DNA of 64,000 bases from contig CAWBYW010000007.1 of NCBI GenBank assembly GCA_963792965.1, positions 480,001-544,000 on the forward strand. Reading direction: 5' to 3'. This DNA comes from an uncultured delta proteobacterium (GTDB lineage: Bacteria > Desulfobacterota > Zymogenia > Zymogenales > Zymogenaceae). Below, piece after piece: positions 32,203 to 42,238 of this stretch (position 1 is its first letter; each line of letters opens with the position of its first letter). The notes under the pieces are model-generated. The model did no database searches and was not told the DNA's origin. It saw nothing but the letters and a program-made list of their open reading frames with translations. The translations under genes were made by a program, and so were the position numbers.

Positions 32203-32780
32203 GAGCCGGCACCCATAAAAAGCTTGTTATCCACCAGTTCACACAGCACGTGCCCGAGGGTGATGTGTATCTCCTGGATACGCGGAGTATTCCTTGACGG
32301 GACCAGGAAGGCATATTCGGCCATCTCGAACGCGGGCCCGCCGTCACCTCCCGAAAAGAGGATCGTGATAACCCCGAGCTTGCCGGCCGCCTCAAGGGCC
32401 TTGGTGATATTGGGGGATTTACCGCTGGTGCTGATGGCCACGGCAATATCTCCCTTGAGGCCGAGCGCCTTTATCTGTTTTGCGAAGATGTCGGAGAAGT
32501 CAAAATCGTTCCCGATGCTCGTTACTATCGAGCTGTCGGTAGTCAGGGCGATCGCCGGGAGGGGCGGACGGTCGATTTTGAACCGATTGACAAACTCGGC
32601 CGCGATATGCTGAGAATCGGCGGCACTCCCGCCGTTTCCAAACAAAAGGACTTTATTCCCTCGCTTGAAGGCCCCCACGATGAGATCGGCCACCTCGTTT
32701 ATCTTCTTTTCGTATTTCTCGGCAAATTTCCTCTTGATGTCGGCGCTGTCTATGAACGCATCCTGAATGACCTGGTCCAT
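32199..32780 (-). CDS. gmhA: D-sedoheptulose-7-phosphate isomerase
   Basis: GNGGSAADSQHIAAE, ISTSGKS, RIQEIH. Confidence 0.95.
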   Translation of the reverse strand: MDQVIQDAFIDSADIKRKFAEKYEKKINEVADLIVGAFKRGNKVLLFGNGGSAADSQHIAAEFVNRFKIDRPPLPAIALTTDSSIVTSIGNDFDFSDIFAKQIKALGLKGDIAVAISTSGKSPNITKALEAAGKLGVITILFSGGDGGPAFEMAEYAFLVPSRNTPRIQEIHITLGHVLCELVDNKLFMGAGS

Positions 32781-32868
32781 CTCTTCCTCTCTTGGGGTAA
32801 GGTAAATAATATAAAACGGGAGAGTTCGTGTCAAGGGGAATAAATCCGGAGACGGCGACTACCCCGAC

Positions 32869-34227
32869 TCACTTATCGATCCGGTACTCATCGATCTTCT
32901 TTTTGAGGGTATTACGGTTGATACCGAGGACCTTGGCGGCTTTCGACTGGTTGTTGCCGGTGTGTTCGAGCACGATCTTGATGAGGGGCGCCTCCACGCG
33001 TGCCAGGACGATGTTGTAGAGCCCCCGCACCTTATCGGGGTTCATTTTCGAGACGATCGGCTTTAGTTTTGACGTCAGGAGGTTTTCAAGAGAAATCCTT
33101 TCGAAGGGATCGGGATCGTCTCTCGTGATGAAATCGGGCAGCATATGCGGATCCACCGTTCCCTCCGAGCCCGAGACTATGGCAAAAATGACTACCCCGA
33201 TCAGCTCCCGAACGTTCTTCGGCCACTGATACTGGGTGAGCATCTTTCGTGTGGCGCGTGTCACCGTTATCGGGGGGACGTCCAGGATCGTCGAAAAGCA
33301 GTTTATATAATATCCGAAGATGGCGCCGATATCTTCGGGGCGCCGGCGCAGCGGCCCAATCTCGATGATATTGCCGAACAGTGACCTGTCGAACCGTTCT
33401 CCGATCTCAAACGAGGGGTCATAATGAAGGATGATACGACATGTTTTTCCCGCGCCCTCCTGCCCCCTTCTCAAGATCACGTCGAGCGTTGATGCCTCGC
33501 GGGCGGACAGATGCTGGGTGTTCTTGACGACCAGCGTTCCCGAAGGAGGGACCTGTCCGATGACCGAAAGAATGCCTCGCTTCCTCTGCGGATCCCTGAA
33601 GGGATCGTAAAATCGTATTGGGGAAAACGACTCCCTCGGCCGTATGTGAACGCACAGCGAGAGCTGGCTCTTTCCCGTTCCGTTCTCACCGATAAAGAGG
33701 ACGGGCCCCCTCCCGTTCTTGGCTGCGACCGCCTCTCTCCTCACCCGGTTGGCGTCGGCCGACCTGCCGATGAAGACCTTATGCGGGTTGCCCACATGCC
33801 CCACGAGCTCCGCCGTCGCCCGGTCCTTGATTTCGGATCTCCTGTTCCTGTCGGCAGCGCTAAGGACGAACAGGATCTCCCTTGCGTAGTAGGGCTCAAG
33901 GAGTACGCCCGCGACGTAATTGCCCAACAGGGGAAGGATTCTTTCTCGATCCTCGTGGGAAATACAGATGATGATCGAAAGCTCTTTTTCTCCCTTCTTG
34001 ATCGAGGGAATCAGTGAGCCGCCCCGTTTGAGCAGGTATGAAGATCCGACAAAAAGGAAATCGTAGAGGTCCGCCTTGAGGAGACGCCGAACATCGGCCG
34101 AATGCGTCGCCTTCACGGCCACGATCTTTTGCCCCCTGAGCGCCTCGGAGACGCCCCTGGACGCGTCATCCGTCAGCTGAAAGAGGATCGCCTTTTTTGC
34201 CTGTGATGTATCAGCCGCTTGCTGCAT
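32869..34227 (-). CDS. NtrC/Fis-family regulator with degenerate receiver and AAA+ domains
   Basis: GENGTGKS Walker A, LRRRPEDI, YQWPKNVREL, Fis-type HTH GNNQSKAAKVLGINRNTLKKKI; no GAFTGA and no DE Walker B. Confidence 0.8.
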   Translation of the reverse strand: MQQAADTSQAKKAILFQLTDDASRGVSEALRGQKIVAVKATHSADVRRLLKADLYDFLFVGSSYLLKRGGSLIPSIKKGEKELSIIICISHEDRERILPLLGNYVAGVLLEPYYAREILFVLSAADRNRRSEIKDRATAELVGHVGNPHKVFIGRSADANRVRREAVAAKNGRGPVLFIGENGTGKSQLSLCVHIRPRESFSPIRFYDPFRDPQRKRGILSVIGQVPPSGTLVVKNTQHLSAREASTLDVILRRGQEGAGKTCRIILHYDPSFEIGERFDRSLFGNIIEIGPLRRRPEDIGAIFGYYINCFSTILDVPPITVTRATRKMLTQYQWPKNVRELIGVVIFAIVSGSEGTVDPHMLPDFITRDDPDPFERISLENLLTSKLKPIVSKMNPDKVRGLYNIVLARVEAPLIKIVLEHTGNNQSKAAKVLGINRNTLKKKIDEYRIDK

Positions 34228-35173
34228 GGGTGTCCCGTATCATTTCCGTAAGGTAGTCACGGACCAGATCCATGATCTCGGTGGTCCCACTTTTCTCCAT
34301 GATCGCAACGCGGAGCGACGCTGACCGCGGCAGCGCCTTCAGGTAGTACATGCAGTGCCGTTTTAAAACGGAGGTCGCGGTCTTGGATGGGTAAAGCTCT
34401 TCGATGAGCGCCCGGTGTCGCTCGACGATCTCGAGGAGCTCATCCGGTTTCGGAAGAGCTTCGCCACCGGAAAAGATCCACGGCCTCCCCGCCGCGCCCC
34501 TCCCGATCATGACGAAGGCGGCGCTGGATTCCAGGAGCCTTCTTTGGGCATCCTGGCGGCTCATGATATCACCACTGCCTACCACCGGTATGGAGAGTCG
34601 CGCAGCGACGTCGTGCACAAGCGACCAATCGGCCGTTCCCGAAAAGAACTGGACGGCCGTACGCGGGTGAAGGATGACGGCGTCTGCCCCGGCGTCCTGG
34701 AGGCGGGAAGCGAGATCGAGACAATTAATAGAGGACGCGTCCCAACCCGCCCGTATCTTTGCCGTCACCGGGAGCGCGACCGATCGCTTCACCTCGGCGA
34801 CGATCCGGGCGCACAGGTCCGGTTCCTTCAGGAGCGCCGCACCGGCACCCTGCTTAACGACCCGCCGGACGGGACACCCCATGTTGATATCGATGAGAGC
34901 CGCCCCGCGCCGCTCGGCCCAAAGGGCTGCCCGGACAAAGGTGTCGGGGTTTCTTCCGAATAGCTGGACGCCGAGAGGCGCCTCTCCCGGAAGACAGGTC
35001 ACCAGGATGAGGCTTCCCCGCTCTTCCCTGACGATCCCCTCGACGCTTGTCATCTCCGTGAAGACCAGGGCCGCCCCGAACTCTCTCAGGAGGATGCGCA
35101 TACTGGCGTCGAAGACGCCGGCCATCGGTGCCGCAAGAAGGCGCGAATCCAGCGCGAGATTTCCGATTTTCAT
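34211..35173 (-). CDS. dusB: tRNA-dihydrouridine synthase
   Basis: APMAG, VQLFG, IDINMGCP, GAGAALL, VTAKIRAGW, HPRT, MIGRG. Confidence 0.9.
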   Translation of the reverse strand: MKIGNLALDSRLLAAPMAGVFDASMRILLREFGAALVFTEMTSVEGIVREERGSLILVTCLPGEAPLGVQLFGRNPDTFVRAALWAERRGAALIDINMGCPVRRVVKQGAGAALLKEPDLCARIVAEVKRSVALPVTAKIRAGWDASSINCLDLASRLQDAGADAVILHPRTAVQFFSGTADWSLVHDVAARLSIPVVGSGDIMSRQDAQRRLLESSAAFVMIGRGAAGRPWIFSGGEALPKPDELLEIVERHRALIEELYPSKTATSVLKRHCMYYLKALPRSASLRVAIMEKSGTTEIMDLVRDYLTEMIRDTHAASG

Positions 35174-36078
35174 GTGCCGATGGGAGGCCGCTCGATCTCC
35201 ATGAATATCTTGCCCTTCTTGAAGATACGGACGGTCCCGGTGGACTCGGAGATCACCATAGCGATGGCGTCGGTGAGCGACGTAATCCCGGCCGCGGCCA
35301 CGTGCCTGCTCCCCAACCCCTTGGGCATGTCGTCCTCCTCAAGCGCGGCGTTGAGGTGCCTGCCGGCGGTGACCAGCACGCCGTCACCCCGAATGATGAA
35401 GGCCCCGTCGATGGCGGAAAATTCTTTTATTGCATCTCTCAGCTGCGGATCGTGGATGCTCAACTCTTCTTCGGAATATCCCTTGAAGGGATTGATGATG
35501 AGCTGCCTCGAGAGCGCCAGCACCTGCTCTTCATCGCCGAGGACAAAAATGGTGCCGACGGACTTACCCTCTCTCCCCCGCGCGGCAAGCTCCATGGTGA
35601 GCTTCAACACCGTCTCGAAGACGTCGGGCCGCACGGAATCCGGGATATCCAGGAGATTGGCCGAGCTGAAGACTTCGAATTCCTTTCCCGTATCAATGAC
35701 GACCACCGAATCATTATTCCCGAAGGAAGTCACCCCCGTTACGCAGACGATTCGATCTCCCGGCTTGATGATCTTCGAGGAGAGGGCCAGCATGACCGCC
35801 ACCTTGATCTGTCCCATCCTCGTGAGGCTGATATCAGGCACCTTGAGTGCCTTGGGATTATCGACCGAAACCTCCCGGAAGAACTCATCCCCCCGCACCA
35901 CCGGCACCGCGTTCATCTTCCTGACCTGCTCGCCGGTCCGCTCATAGTCATCCCTACCTTGAAGGATAATGAAGATCTCCTGCGCCTTGATCTTCTCGGC
36001 GATTTCACCGGCGCTCTCGATAATGAGCCGTGAGAGTGCCTGTTCCTTTGTGACTGCTTTTTTACCGATCATACCCAT
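35170..36078 (-). CDS. Diadenylate cyclase (DisA_N domain, DacZ-like architecture)
   Basis: GREGKSVGTIF, AIDGAF (DGA), GLGSRHVAAA (RH), ISESTG; N-terminal extra domain, no TM. Confidence 0.85.
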   Translation of the reverse strand: MGMIGKKAVTKEQALSRLIIESAGEIAEKIKAQEIFIILQGRDDYERTGEQVRKMNAVPVVRGDEFFREVSVDNPKALKVPDISLTRMGQIKVAVMLALSSKIIKPGDRIVCVTGVTSFGNNDSVVVIDTGKEFEVFSSANLLDIPDSVRPDVFETVLKLTMELAARGREGKSVGTIFVLGDEEQVLALSRQLIINPFKGYSEEELSIHDPQLRDAIKEFSAIDGAFIIRGDGVLVTAGRHLNAALEEDDMPKGLGSRHVAAAGITSLTDAIAMVISESTGTVRIFKKGKIFMEIERPPIGT

Positions 36079-36354
36079 AGCTGGCCCCTTGGCACCTCAC
36101 CCCTCGCGGCCCACACAAGACTCCTCAAGGAGGGGGTTGCCTCATCTCCTTCCTCACGACGATTCACTACCTGTCTTTCTTAAAACGTCTGCCTTACTCT
36201 CTCATCGACCAGTCACCTGCCTGGACGCCGGTAGGAGTATCACGGTATCGTGCCCATAGCCCGCCGGCAATGAAAGCGGCGCGCCCTTCTTATCTACCGC
36301 ACGCCCCGGTCAGGATATTCGATGAGGTAAGTCCCATACCGACGCATCCGGGGC

Positions 36355-37299
36355 TCACCGAGCCGGTTTTTTCGTAAGGAGGTTTTTGAGCCTGAAATAT
36401 CTCCCGAGCTTAGGGACGGCCTCCTGAACCGCGGCGCTGCCGCAGCCGACCCCCTCCTGGTAGCGATGAAAATCGTAGGTGCCCAGGCCGCTGACGTGCG
36501 GCCTGATGATAAGGTCGGGCTTCTCGGACTTCATCCGCATGCCGACGACCTGGGATTCCATGATGGTAATGGAGCCCATGATGACCTCGAAGACGTTGGG
36601 GAGCTTGGGCTCCTCTTCCTTTTGAGTAATCGTCACCGGTCGGCTCTCTCCCCGGTCGGACACGGGGGGCGTTTTGGAGATCTCGGGGCAAATGTCCACG
36701 GCGATGATAAACTCCGCTCCCAGGTCCCTGACGACCTGGACAGGCACCGGGTTTACCACACCGCCGTCCACTAACAGCTTTGTATCCACCACGACCGGCT
36801 TGAAGACCCCCGGAATCGAGATCGAGGCCCGCACGGCCCTCACCAGATCTCCGCTGCCCAGGATTACCTCCCGGCCGGAATAGAAATCGGTGGCGACGCA
36901 GGCAAACGGGATCTTCAGGTCTTCAATCCTGACGGTACCGAGGTGCTCCCTCAGGAACCCCTCGATCTTTTTCCCCTCGATTAGGCCGCTGGTTGGGAAC
37001 ATCAGGTCTGCAAGCTTGAAGGACTCCTTTCGGGTAAGCGGAGCGGCGAATTCCTTGAGCTCTTCGAGTTTTCCCGCCGCGAGAAATGCCCCGACGAGGG
37101 CCCCGACACTCGCTCCCGAGATGAAATCGATCCGTATGCCGAGAGACTGGAGGATATCGAGCACCCCGATGTGGCAGAGTCCCCGTGCGCCCCCGCTGCC
37201 GAGCGCGATACCGACCTTCAGGTTGTACTTGTCGGGCAGATACTTAAGGAACGTCCGATAGTCAAACGGGGTCCTTATCTCACTTTTAAGAAAGTTCAT
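36355..37299 (-). CDS. Patatin-like phospholipase (RssA-like)
   Basis: ALGSGGARG, GASVG nucleophile elbow, DGG. Confidence 0.9.
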   Translation of the reverse strand: MNFLKSEIRTPFDYRTFLKYLPDKYNLKVGIALGSGGARGLCHIGVLDILQSLGIRIDFISGASVGALVGAFLAAGKLEELKEFAAPLTRKESFKLADLMFPTSGLIEGKKIEGFLREHLGTVRIEDLKIPFACVATDFYSGREVILGSGDLVRAVRASISIPGVFKPVVVDTKLLVDGGVVNPVPVQVVRDLGAEFIIAVDICPEISKTPPVSDRGESRPVTITQKEEEPKLPNVFEVIMGSITIMESQVVGMRMKSEKPDLIIRPHVSGLGTYDFHRYQEGVGCGSAAVQEAVPKLGRYFRLKNLLTKKPAR

Positions 37300-37412
37300 G
37301 ATTCGTGAAACCTTTTTCCCAGCTCTTCATCAAAAAGACCGAAGAGAAATAATATAGTAATCGCGCGGTGTTGTCAATGGAATACCTTTTTACTGGTGAT
37401 AACAAAATAGTC

Positions 37413-37467
37413 TTGATATTCCGCTTTATATCGGCTATAATTAGCACTCATAACGAAGGAGTGCTAA
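37413..37467 (+). promoter_or_regulatory. sigma70 promoter plus CIRCE operator upstream of rpoH
   Basis: TTGATA(37413)-N17-TATAAT(37436-37441) running into TTAGCACTC-N9-GAGTGCTAA (37441-37467). Confidence 0.92.
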
Positions 37468-37522
37468 TAAGTTTTCCACCTGCGAAAGAGGTGGAAATAG
37501 TGGGATGAAAGGAGAGGGTCAG

Positions 37523-38371
37523 ATGAAAACACTTCCGGAGAAAACAAGCGCTCTTGCGCTTTATATGCACAGGATAAACCGTTTCCCCCTTCTCACCAAG
37601 GAGGAGGAATATGAGCTTGCCGTTCGCCTGCGCGAACACAACGACATCGAAGCCGCTCATAAGCTGGTCGTTTCCAACCTGCGTTTTGTGGTAAAGATCG
37701 CCTATGAGTATGCCGACTACGGCCTGAAACTCATGGATCTCATACAGGAGGGGAACATCGGGTTGATGCAGGCGGTTAAGAAGTTCGATCCGTATAAGGG
37801 GTTCCGGCTCATTTCGTATGCCGTTTGGTGGATCCGGGCCTACATCCAGAATTTTATCATCAAGTCGTGGAGCCTCGTCAAGATCGGGACAACCCAGGCT
37901 CAAAAGAAGCTCTTCTACAAGATGGGACAGGCCAAGAAGGCACTCGGGATCGACGCTCCCACCGACGAAGATATAAACGCCATCGCACGAAGGCTCGATG
38001 TGAAGGACGTCGAAGTACGGGAGATGAACGAGCGGCTTTCGGGCCGCGATCTCTCGTTGAATAATACCGTGAAGGACGACGATGTAGCGACGTATATTGA
38101 TTTCATCGCCGAGGAGCCGACACAGGAGACGTTTCTCATCGACGAAGAGGAGAAGTCGCGTCTGAAGGAGGATATTACCGACGCGCTTTCCGTTCTCAAC
38201 GAGAAGGAGAGCTACATTGTCCGCCACCGAATCATGTCAGCCAAGCCGAAAACGCTGGCGGAGATCGCCGATACGTTCAAGATCTCCAGAGAACGGGTGC
38301 GCCAGATAGAAGAAGGGGCTCTCAAGAAGCTTAAGAGGGTTCCCGCGATTGAGAAGTGGGCGGAGGATTAG
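37523..38371 (+). CDS. rpoH: Heat-shock sigma factor sigma32
   Basis: DLIQEGNIGLM, YAVWWIRAYI, RpoH-box-like WSLVKIGTTQAQKKLF, ISRERVRQIE; CIRCE upstream. Confidence 0.88.
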   Translation: MKTLPEKTSALALYMHRINRFPLLTKEEEYELAVRLREHNDIEAAHKLVVSNLRFVVKIAYEYADYGLKLMDLIQEGNIGLMQAVKKFDPYKGFRLISYAVWWIRAYIQNFIIKSWSLVKIGTTQAQKKLFYKMGQAKKALGIDAPTDEDINAIARRLDVKDVEVREMNERLSGRDLSLNNTVKDDDVATYIDFIAEEPTQETFLIDEEEKSRLKEDITDALSVLNEKESYIVRHRIMSAKPKTLAEIADTFKISRERVRQIEEGALKKLKRVPAIEKWAED

Positions 38372-38709
38372 GCTAAGCCACGTTAAATATTTATATAACA
38401 TAGTACCACACCGACCGGCCGGCACACGGATGAAGATTCGTGTGCCTTTGTTTATCTCGAGTTTTCCCACCTCTTGCCTCCTTTTTCTTTATTCAGAGAT
38501 AAACCGTTCATTCGTGCATTTTTCGCTGCTTAATCTGCCATCGCCGTTTCAATAATTTATATTGCTTACGAAGGCCGATCTATTTTTTTCTTTACATCCA
38601 TAATGCGCTATGCTATCATTAACTTAGTAGCAAAGGTGAGTTTGTTCCTTTTTTTTTGTACGTGGTGTATACAGTATTCAAATTTAATCATTATTGAGTG
38701 GTGTAAGAG

Positions 38710-39249
38710 ATGAAAGAGAGAAGAAGAAAGTCACGGTCGAACATCAGTCCCAAGGAGGTATCCAACCGGCTCCAATTCCTTATCAAGAAGACCGGGCTGA
38801 AGCAGTATCAGTTCGCGGAAAAATGCCACATCACGGCCGCGGCCCTCTCCACGTACCTTAACAAGGACAGGATCCCCGAGTCCGCGATACTGGCCCGCAT
38901 TGCCGACTTCGCCAATACGTCTATGGAGTGGATTCTAACCGGCAAGACCATCAATGAGCAGCTGATGGAAAAGGGCGAGGAGTTCAAGGAACAGCTCCTC
39001 AAGGACATGGCCGACGAGATAGAAATCTGGAGGGAGAAGGCCCTTGAGGCCGAGAACCTGCTGAGGTCGACCCAGGAGGTTATGAGCGTCATGGAGTCGG
39101 GCGGAGACTATAGAAACGCGGACCCCACCAAGATAAATCGTGACGAGGTAACCATCTTGTCAAATTTCCGTCTTCTTTCTCCGAAGGGACAGGACAAGGT
39201 CCTTCAGTATCTCGAAGATCAGCTAAAACTCGAGAAACTGAGCAAGTAG
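38710..39249 (+). CDS. XRE-family HTH transcriptional regulator
   Basis: LKQYQFAEKCHITAAALSTY..RIP..SMEWILTG. Confidence 0.8.
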   Translation: MKERRRKSRSNISPKEVSNRLQFLIKKTGLKQYQFAEKCHITAAALSTYLNKDRIPESAILARIADFANTSMEWILTGKTINEQLMEKGEEFKEQLLKDMADEIEIWREKALEAENLLRSTQEVMSVMESGGDYRNADPTKINRDEVTILSNFRLLSPKGQDKVLQYLEDQLKLEKLSK

Positions 39250-39266
39250 CTCTCTTGCCGTTTGAG

Positions 39267-39295
39267 AAAAAGCCCCGTGCAGCGGGGCTTTTTTT
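39267..39295 (+). terminator. Intrinsic terminator
   Basis: AAAAAGCCCCG-TGCAG-CGGGGCTTTTTTT. Confidence 0.85.
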
Positions 39296-39462
39296 GCTTC
39301 AAAACGTGCCATCTCTGCAGCGATGCACGAGTCCTCTATCGGACCGTAACCGATTCCGACGCGCAGCGAGAGAAGGGATCGACGGATGGAATTTAGTTGA
39401 CAAAATCGAGTGATCAATGCTAATTTAATCACGTTATTCTGAACAACTATGGGGTAAATATT

Positions 39463-40035
39463 ATGTCTTTTGACCGCAAGATGTGCATGGTGATCTTTTC
39501 GATATTCGTCGCCGCTTCTCTGGCGGCCTGCGCCGCACCGGATAACGTCATCAGGGATAACAGCCAGCCGGTCCCGATACTCGAATCAGACCTTTCCACT
39601 GCGGAAGGCTATTTCACTAAAGAAGACTACGCCAACGCGTCCGTCGCCTACGACAATTTCATTAAGAAACATCCGCTCAACGAGAATATTCCCTACGCCC
39701 TGTTCAGGGAAGGGCTTTCATATTTCAAGATCTCCGAAGACACCAAACGAGACCAGTCCTACACGGAAAAGGCCGCGGAAAAATTTTCTCAGCTTATCCT
39801 CATGTATCCCAACAGCAAATATGTCTCCAACGCGATGAGCTACCTGAGGCTCTGTCATGAGCGGCTGGCCCAGTATAATTTCAACGTCGGCATCTACTAC
39901 TTCGATAAAGAAGAGTACAACGCCGCCATCCTCCGCTTCCAGGACGTGATCACCAAGTATCCCGGGTTCGGATATGACGAGGACTCCAAGCGCTACATAG
40001 AAGAAAGCAAGAAGAAGCTTTCCGAAAGGAAATAA
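39463..40035 (+). CDS. bamD: Outer-membrane assembly lipoprotein BamD
   Basis: Lipobox LAAC; RDQSYT..YPNSKY..LA..VGIYY..AAILRF..YP. Confidence 0.85.
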   Translation: MSFDRKMCMVIFSIFVAASLAACAAPDNVIRDNSQPVPILESDLSTAEGYFTKEDYANASVAYDNFIKKHPLNENIPYALFREGLSYFKISEDTKRDQSYTEKAAEKFSQLILMYPNSKYVSNAMSYLRLCHERLAQYNFNVGIYYFDKEEYNAAILRFQDVITKYPGFGYDEDSKRYIEESKKKLSERK

Positions 40036-40088
40036 CCCCTCGGGATAATCTGTTGTTGCGATACGTCTGCTCCGTGAGGTCGGGTATC

Positions 40089-40796
40089 ATGATGGAAAAA
40101 ATGGACAACAAGGACTATTGGCTCGGTAAAGAAGCGTTCGAGCACAAAAACTTCGTAAAGGCCGAGGAGTATCTCAATAACGTGGTAAGGCTGGGGTATG
40201 ATTTTGCCGATGTCCATAATATGCTTGGGATCGTTTATCATCAGCAGGGAAAGTTCGAAAAGGCGGTCCAAGCCTTCGAGCAGGCCCTCAGGATTAATCC
40301 GAACTACACGGACGCTTCGATGAACCTTGCCGTTATTTACAACGATATGGGGAACCTCGATAAGGCAAAGAAAGTGTACCTCGACGCCAAGGCTCGTGCA
40401 CAGGTAAAGGCTTCCCCGAAGGGGCTGGACCCCTTCTCGCTCGGCAAACTCTCCAACCTCCACAAGGATATTGCTGATATCTACCACTCGTTCGGCATGT
40501 ACGATGAGGCGATCGAGGAATATACGAGGGCACTGCGACTCAACGCCGATTTCGTCGACATCCGCACAAAATTAGGCATCGCCCTGAGGGACTCGGGCAA
40601 ATACGATGACGCCGTCGTCCATCTGTCCCGGGCATCGACCGAGAGGCCGGACTATATCCCCGCCTTTCTGGCCCTTGCCCTCTGCTACTTTAAGATGGGA
40701 AAGACCAAACAGGCCCAGACCTTATGGAACAACGTGATTAAATCCGATCCTGATAACAAGATCGCCGCGTTCTACCTGAAAATGATCAACGAATGA
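40089..40796 (+). CDS. TPR-repeat protein
   Basis: FADVHNMLG, ALRINPNY, FVDIRTKLG TPR units. Confidence 0.85.
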   Translation: MMEKMDNKDYWLGKEAFEHKNFVKAEEYLNNVVRLGYDFADVHNMLGIVYHQQGKFEKAVQAFEQALRINPNYTDASMNLAVIYNDMGNLDKAKKVYLDAKARAQVKASPKGLDPFSLGKLSNLHKDIADIYHSFGMYDEAIEEYTRALRLNADFVDIRTKLGIALRDSGKYDDAVVHLSRASTERPDYIPAFLALALCYFKMGKTKQAQTLWNNVIKSDPDNKIAAFYLKMINE

Positions 40797-40843
40797 GCTC
40801 TTCTCCGGGCTTATGCCTTTTGCCTGCGAAACCCTAAAACAAC

Positions 40844-40872
40844 AAAAGCCGCCGGTAATCCGGTGGCTTTTT
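40844..40872. terminator. Bidirectional intrinsic terminator between the TPR gene and dnaJ
   Basis: AAAAGCCGCCGG-TAAT-CCGGTGGCTTTT between convergent genes. Confidence 0.8.
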
Positions 40873-40961
40873 CTTTTCTATCTCTCGATCTACCCTTGTC
40901 TCGCCACATCCCCGGTTTTCACGGGCCGGACATTCCTGTCCCGGCCCGTACTGCGGGTCTG

Positions 40962-42074
40962 CTACTGAAACAGGTCTTTCACCTTCTCGAAGAAGCCCCT
41001 CGTCTCGGGATGGGTCTCGTCCCGGCTGTCCTTTAGGAAGTCTTCGAGAAGCTCCTTCTGACGTCGGGTGAGCTTTGTGGGTGTCTCCACCCGGATGACG
41101 ATATGTTGATCCCCGCGGCCGTATCCGGAAAGATGGGGGACTCCCTTCCCTTTCAGGACCAACACCTCCCCCGACTGAATACCCGGCTTTATCTTCATCT
41201 TCACAAGCCCCTCGATCGTCGGCACCTCAATCTCGGTACCAAGGGCCGCCTCGGGGAAGGTGATCGGAACGGGGACGACGATCGTGCTCCCGTCCCGGGT
41301 AAAGATCGAATGCGGCCTGACTTCGATCACGACGTAGAGATCGCCTGGCGGGGCGCCGCCACTCCCGCTCTCCCCCTCGCCTGAGAGCCTCAGCCTCGTC
41401 CCGGTCTCCACGCCGTGGGGGACCTTGACGGTGAGCGTCCTGGTCTTTTTGACCCTGCCGGCGCCCTTGCACTCCGTACAGGGACTCTTCACGATCCTCC
41501 CGGATCCCCGGCACTGATTGCAGGTACGGCTTATCGCGAAAAACCCCTGCTGCGTACGAATCTGCCCCGTCCCGCGGCACGTGGGGCAGGTCTCGGGCTT
41601 CGTGCCCGGCTCGGCTCCATTGCCGCCGCAGCGCCCGCAGGCCTCATGGCGCGGCACCTGGATCTTGGCGTCGACGCCGAAAACCGCCTCATTGAAATCG
41701 ATGGTGAGGTGGTACCTCAGGTCGGCCCCGCGGGCACCCCGCGAGCCCCTGCGGCCCATGCCGAAGATATCGCCGAACACGTCTGAAAAGATATCTTCGA
41801 AGCCACGAAAACCGAAGTCGGCATCCCTGAACCCGCCCGACCCGCCGCCGGAGAAGGCCGCGTGCCCGAACCGGTCATAGAGGTCCCTCTTTTCGGGATC
41901 CGACAGGACCACGTATGCCTCGTTAAGCTCTTTAAATCTCTCTTCGGCCGATTTATCGCCGGAGTTCTTGTCGGGATGATACTTGAGCGCGAGTCTTCGG
42001 TAGGCCTTCTTGATCTCCTCTTGTGCGGCGTTCCGCTGAATGCCGAGGATCTCGTAGTAATCGTTTTTGTCCAA
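40962..42074 (-). CDS. dnaJ: Chaperone DnaJ
   Basis: HPD J-domain, G/F region, four CxxCxGxG repeats; TTG start. Confidence 0.97.
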   Translation of the reverse strand: MDKNDYYEILGIQRNAAQEEIKKAYRRLALKYHPDKNSGDKSAEERFKELNEAYVVLSDPEKRDLYDRFGHAAFSGGGSGGFRDADFGFRGFEDIFSDVFGDIFGMGRRGSRGARGADLRYHLTIDFNEAVFGVDAKIQVPRHEACGRCGGNGAEPGTKPETCPTCRGTGQIRTQQGFFAISRTCNQCRGSGRIVKSPCTECKGAGRVKKTRTLTVKVPHGVETGTRLRLSGEGESGSGGAPPGDLYVVIEVRPHSIFTRDGSTIVVPVPITFPEAALGTEIEVPTIEGLVKMKIKPGIQSGEVLVLKGKGVPHLSGYGRGDQHIVIRVETPTKLTRRQKELLEDFLKDSRDETHPETRGFFEKVKDLFQ

Positions 42075-42238
42075 CGCAGATACGTCCCTTCTATCTTAAA
42101 GACACCCCGTCGGGGCGTGAAGATGTAAGCAAAATAACAGAGAGCAAAACGCGGCCGCACCCGACGCCGGACAGGCCGGTTATGCGGCCGATTTCCCGCA
42201 TCGTATCGTCTTACGGACCGAATAGTCGAATCGTCGCG

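Noticed and set aside
38372-39249. XRE regulator with AT-rich upstream DNA as a prophage remnant
   Set aside because: No integrase, phage genes or att repeats nearby; the gene itself looks host-like in composition
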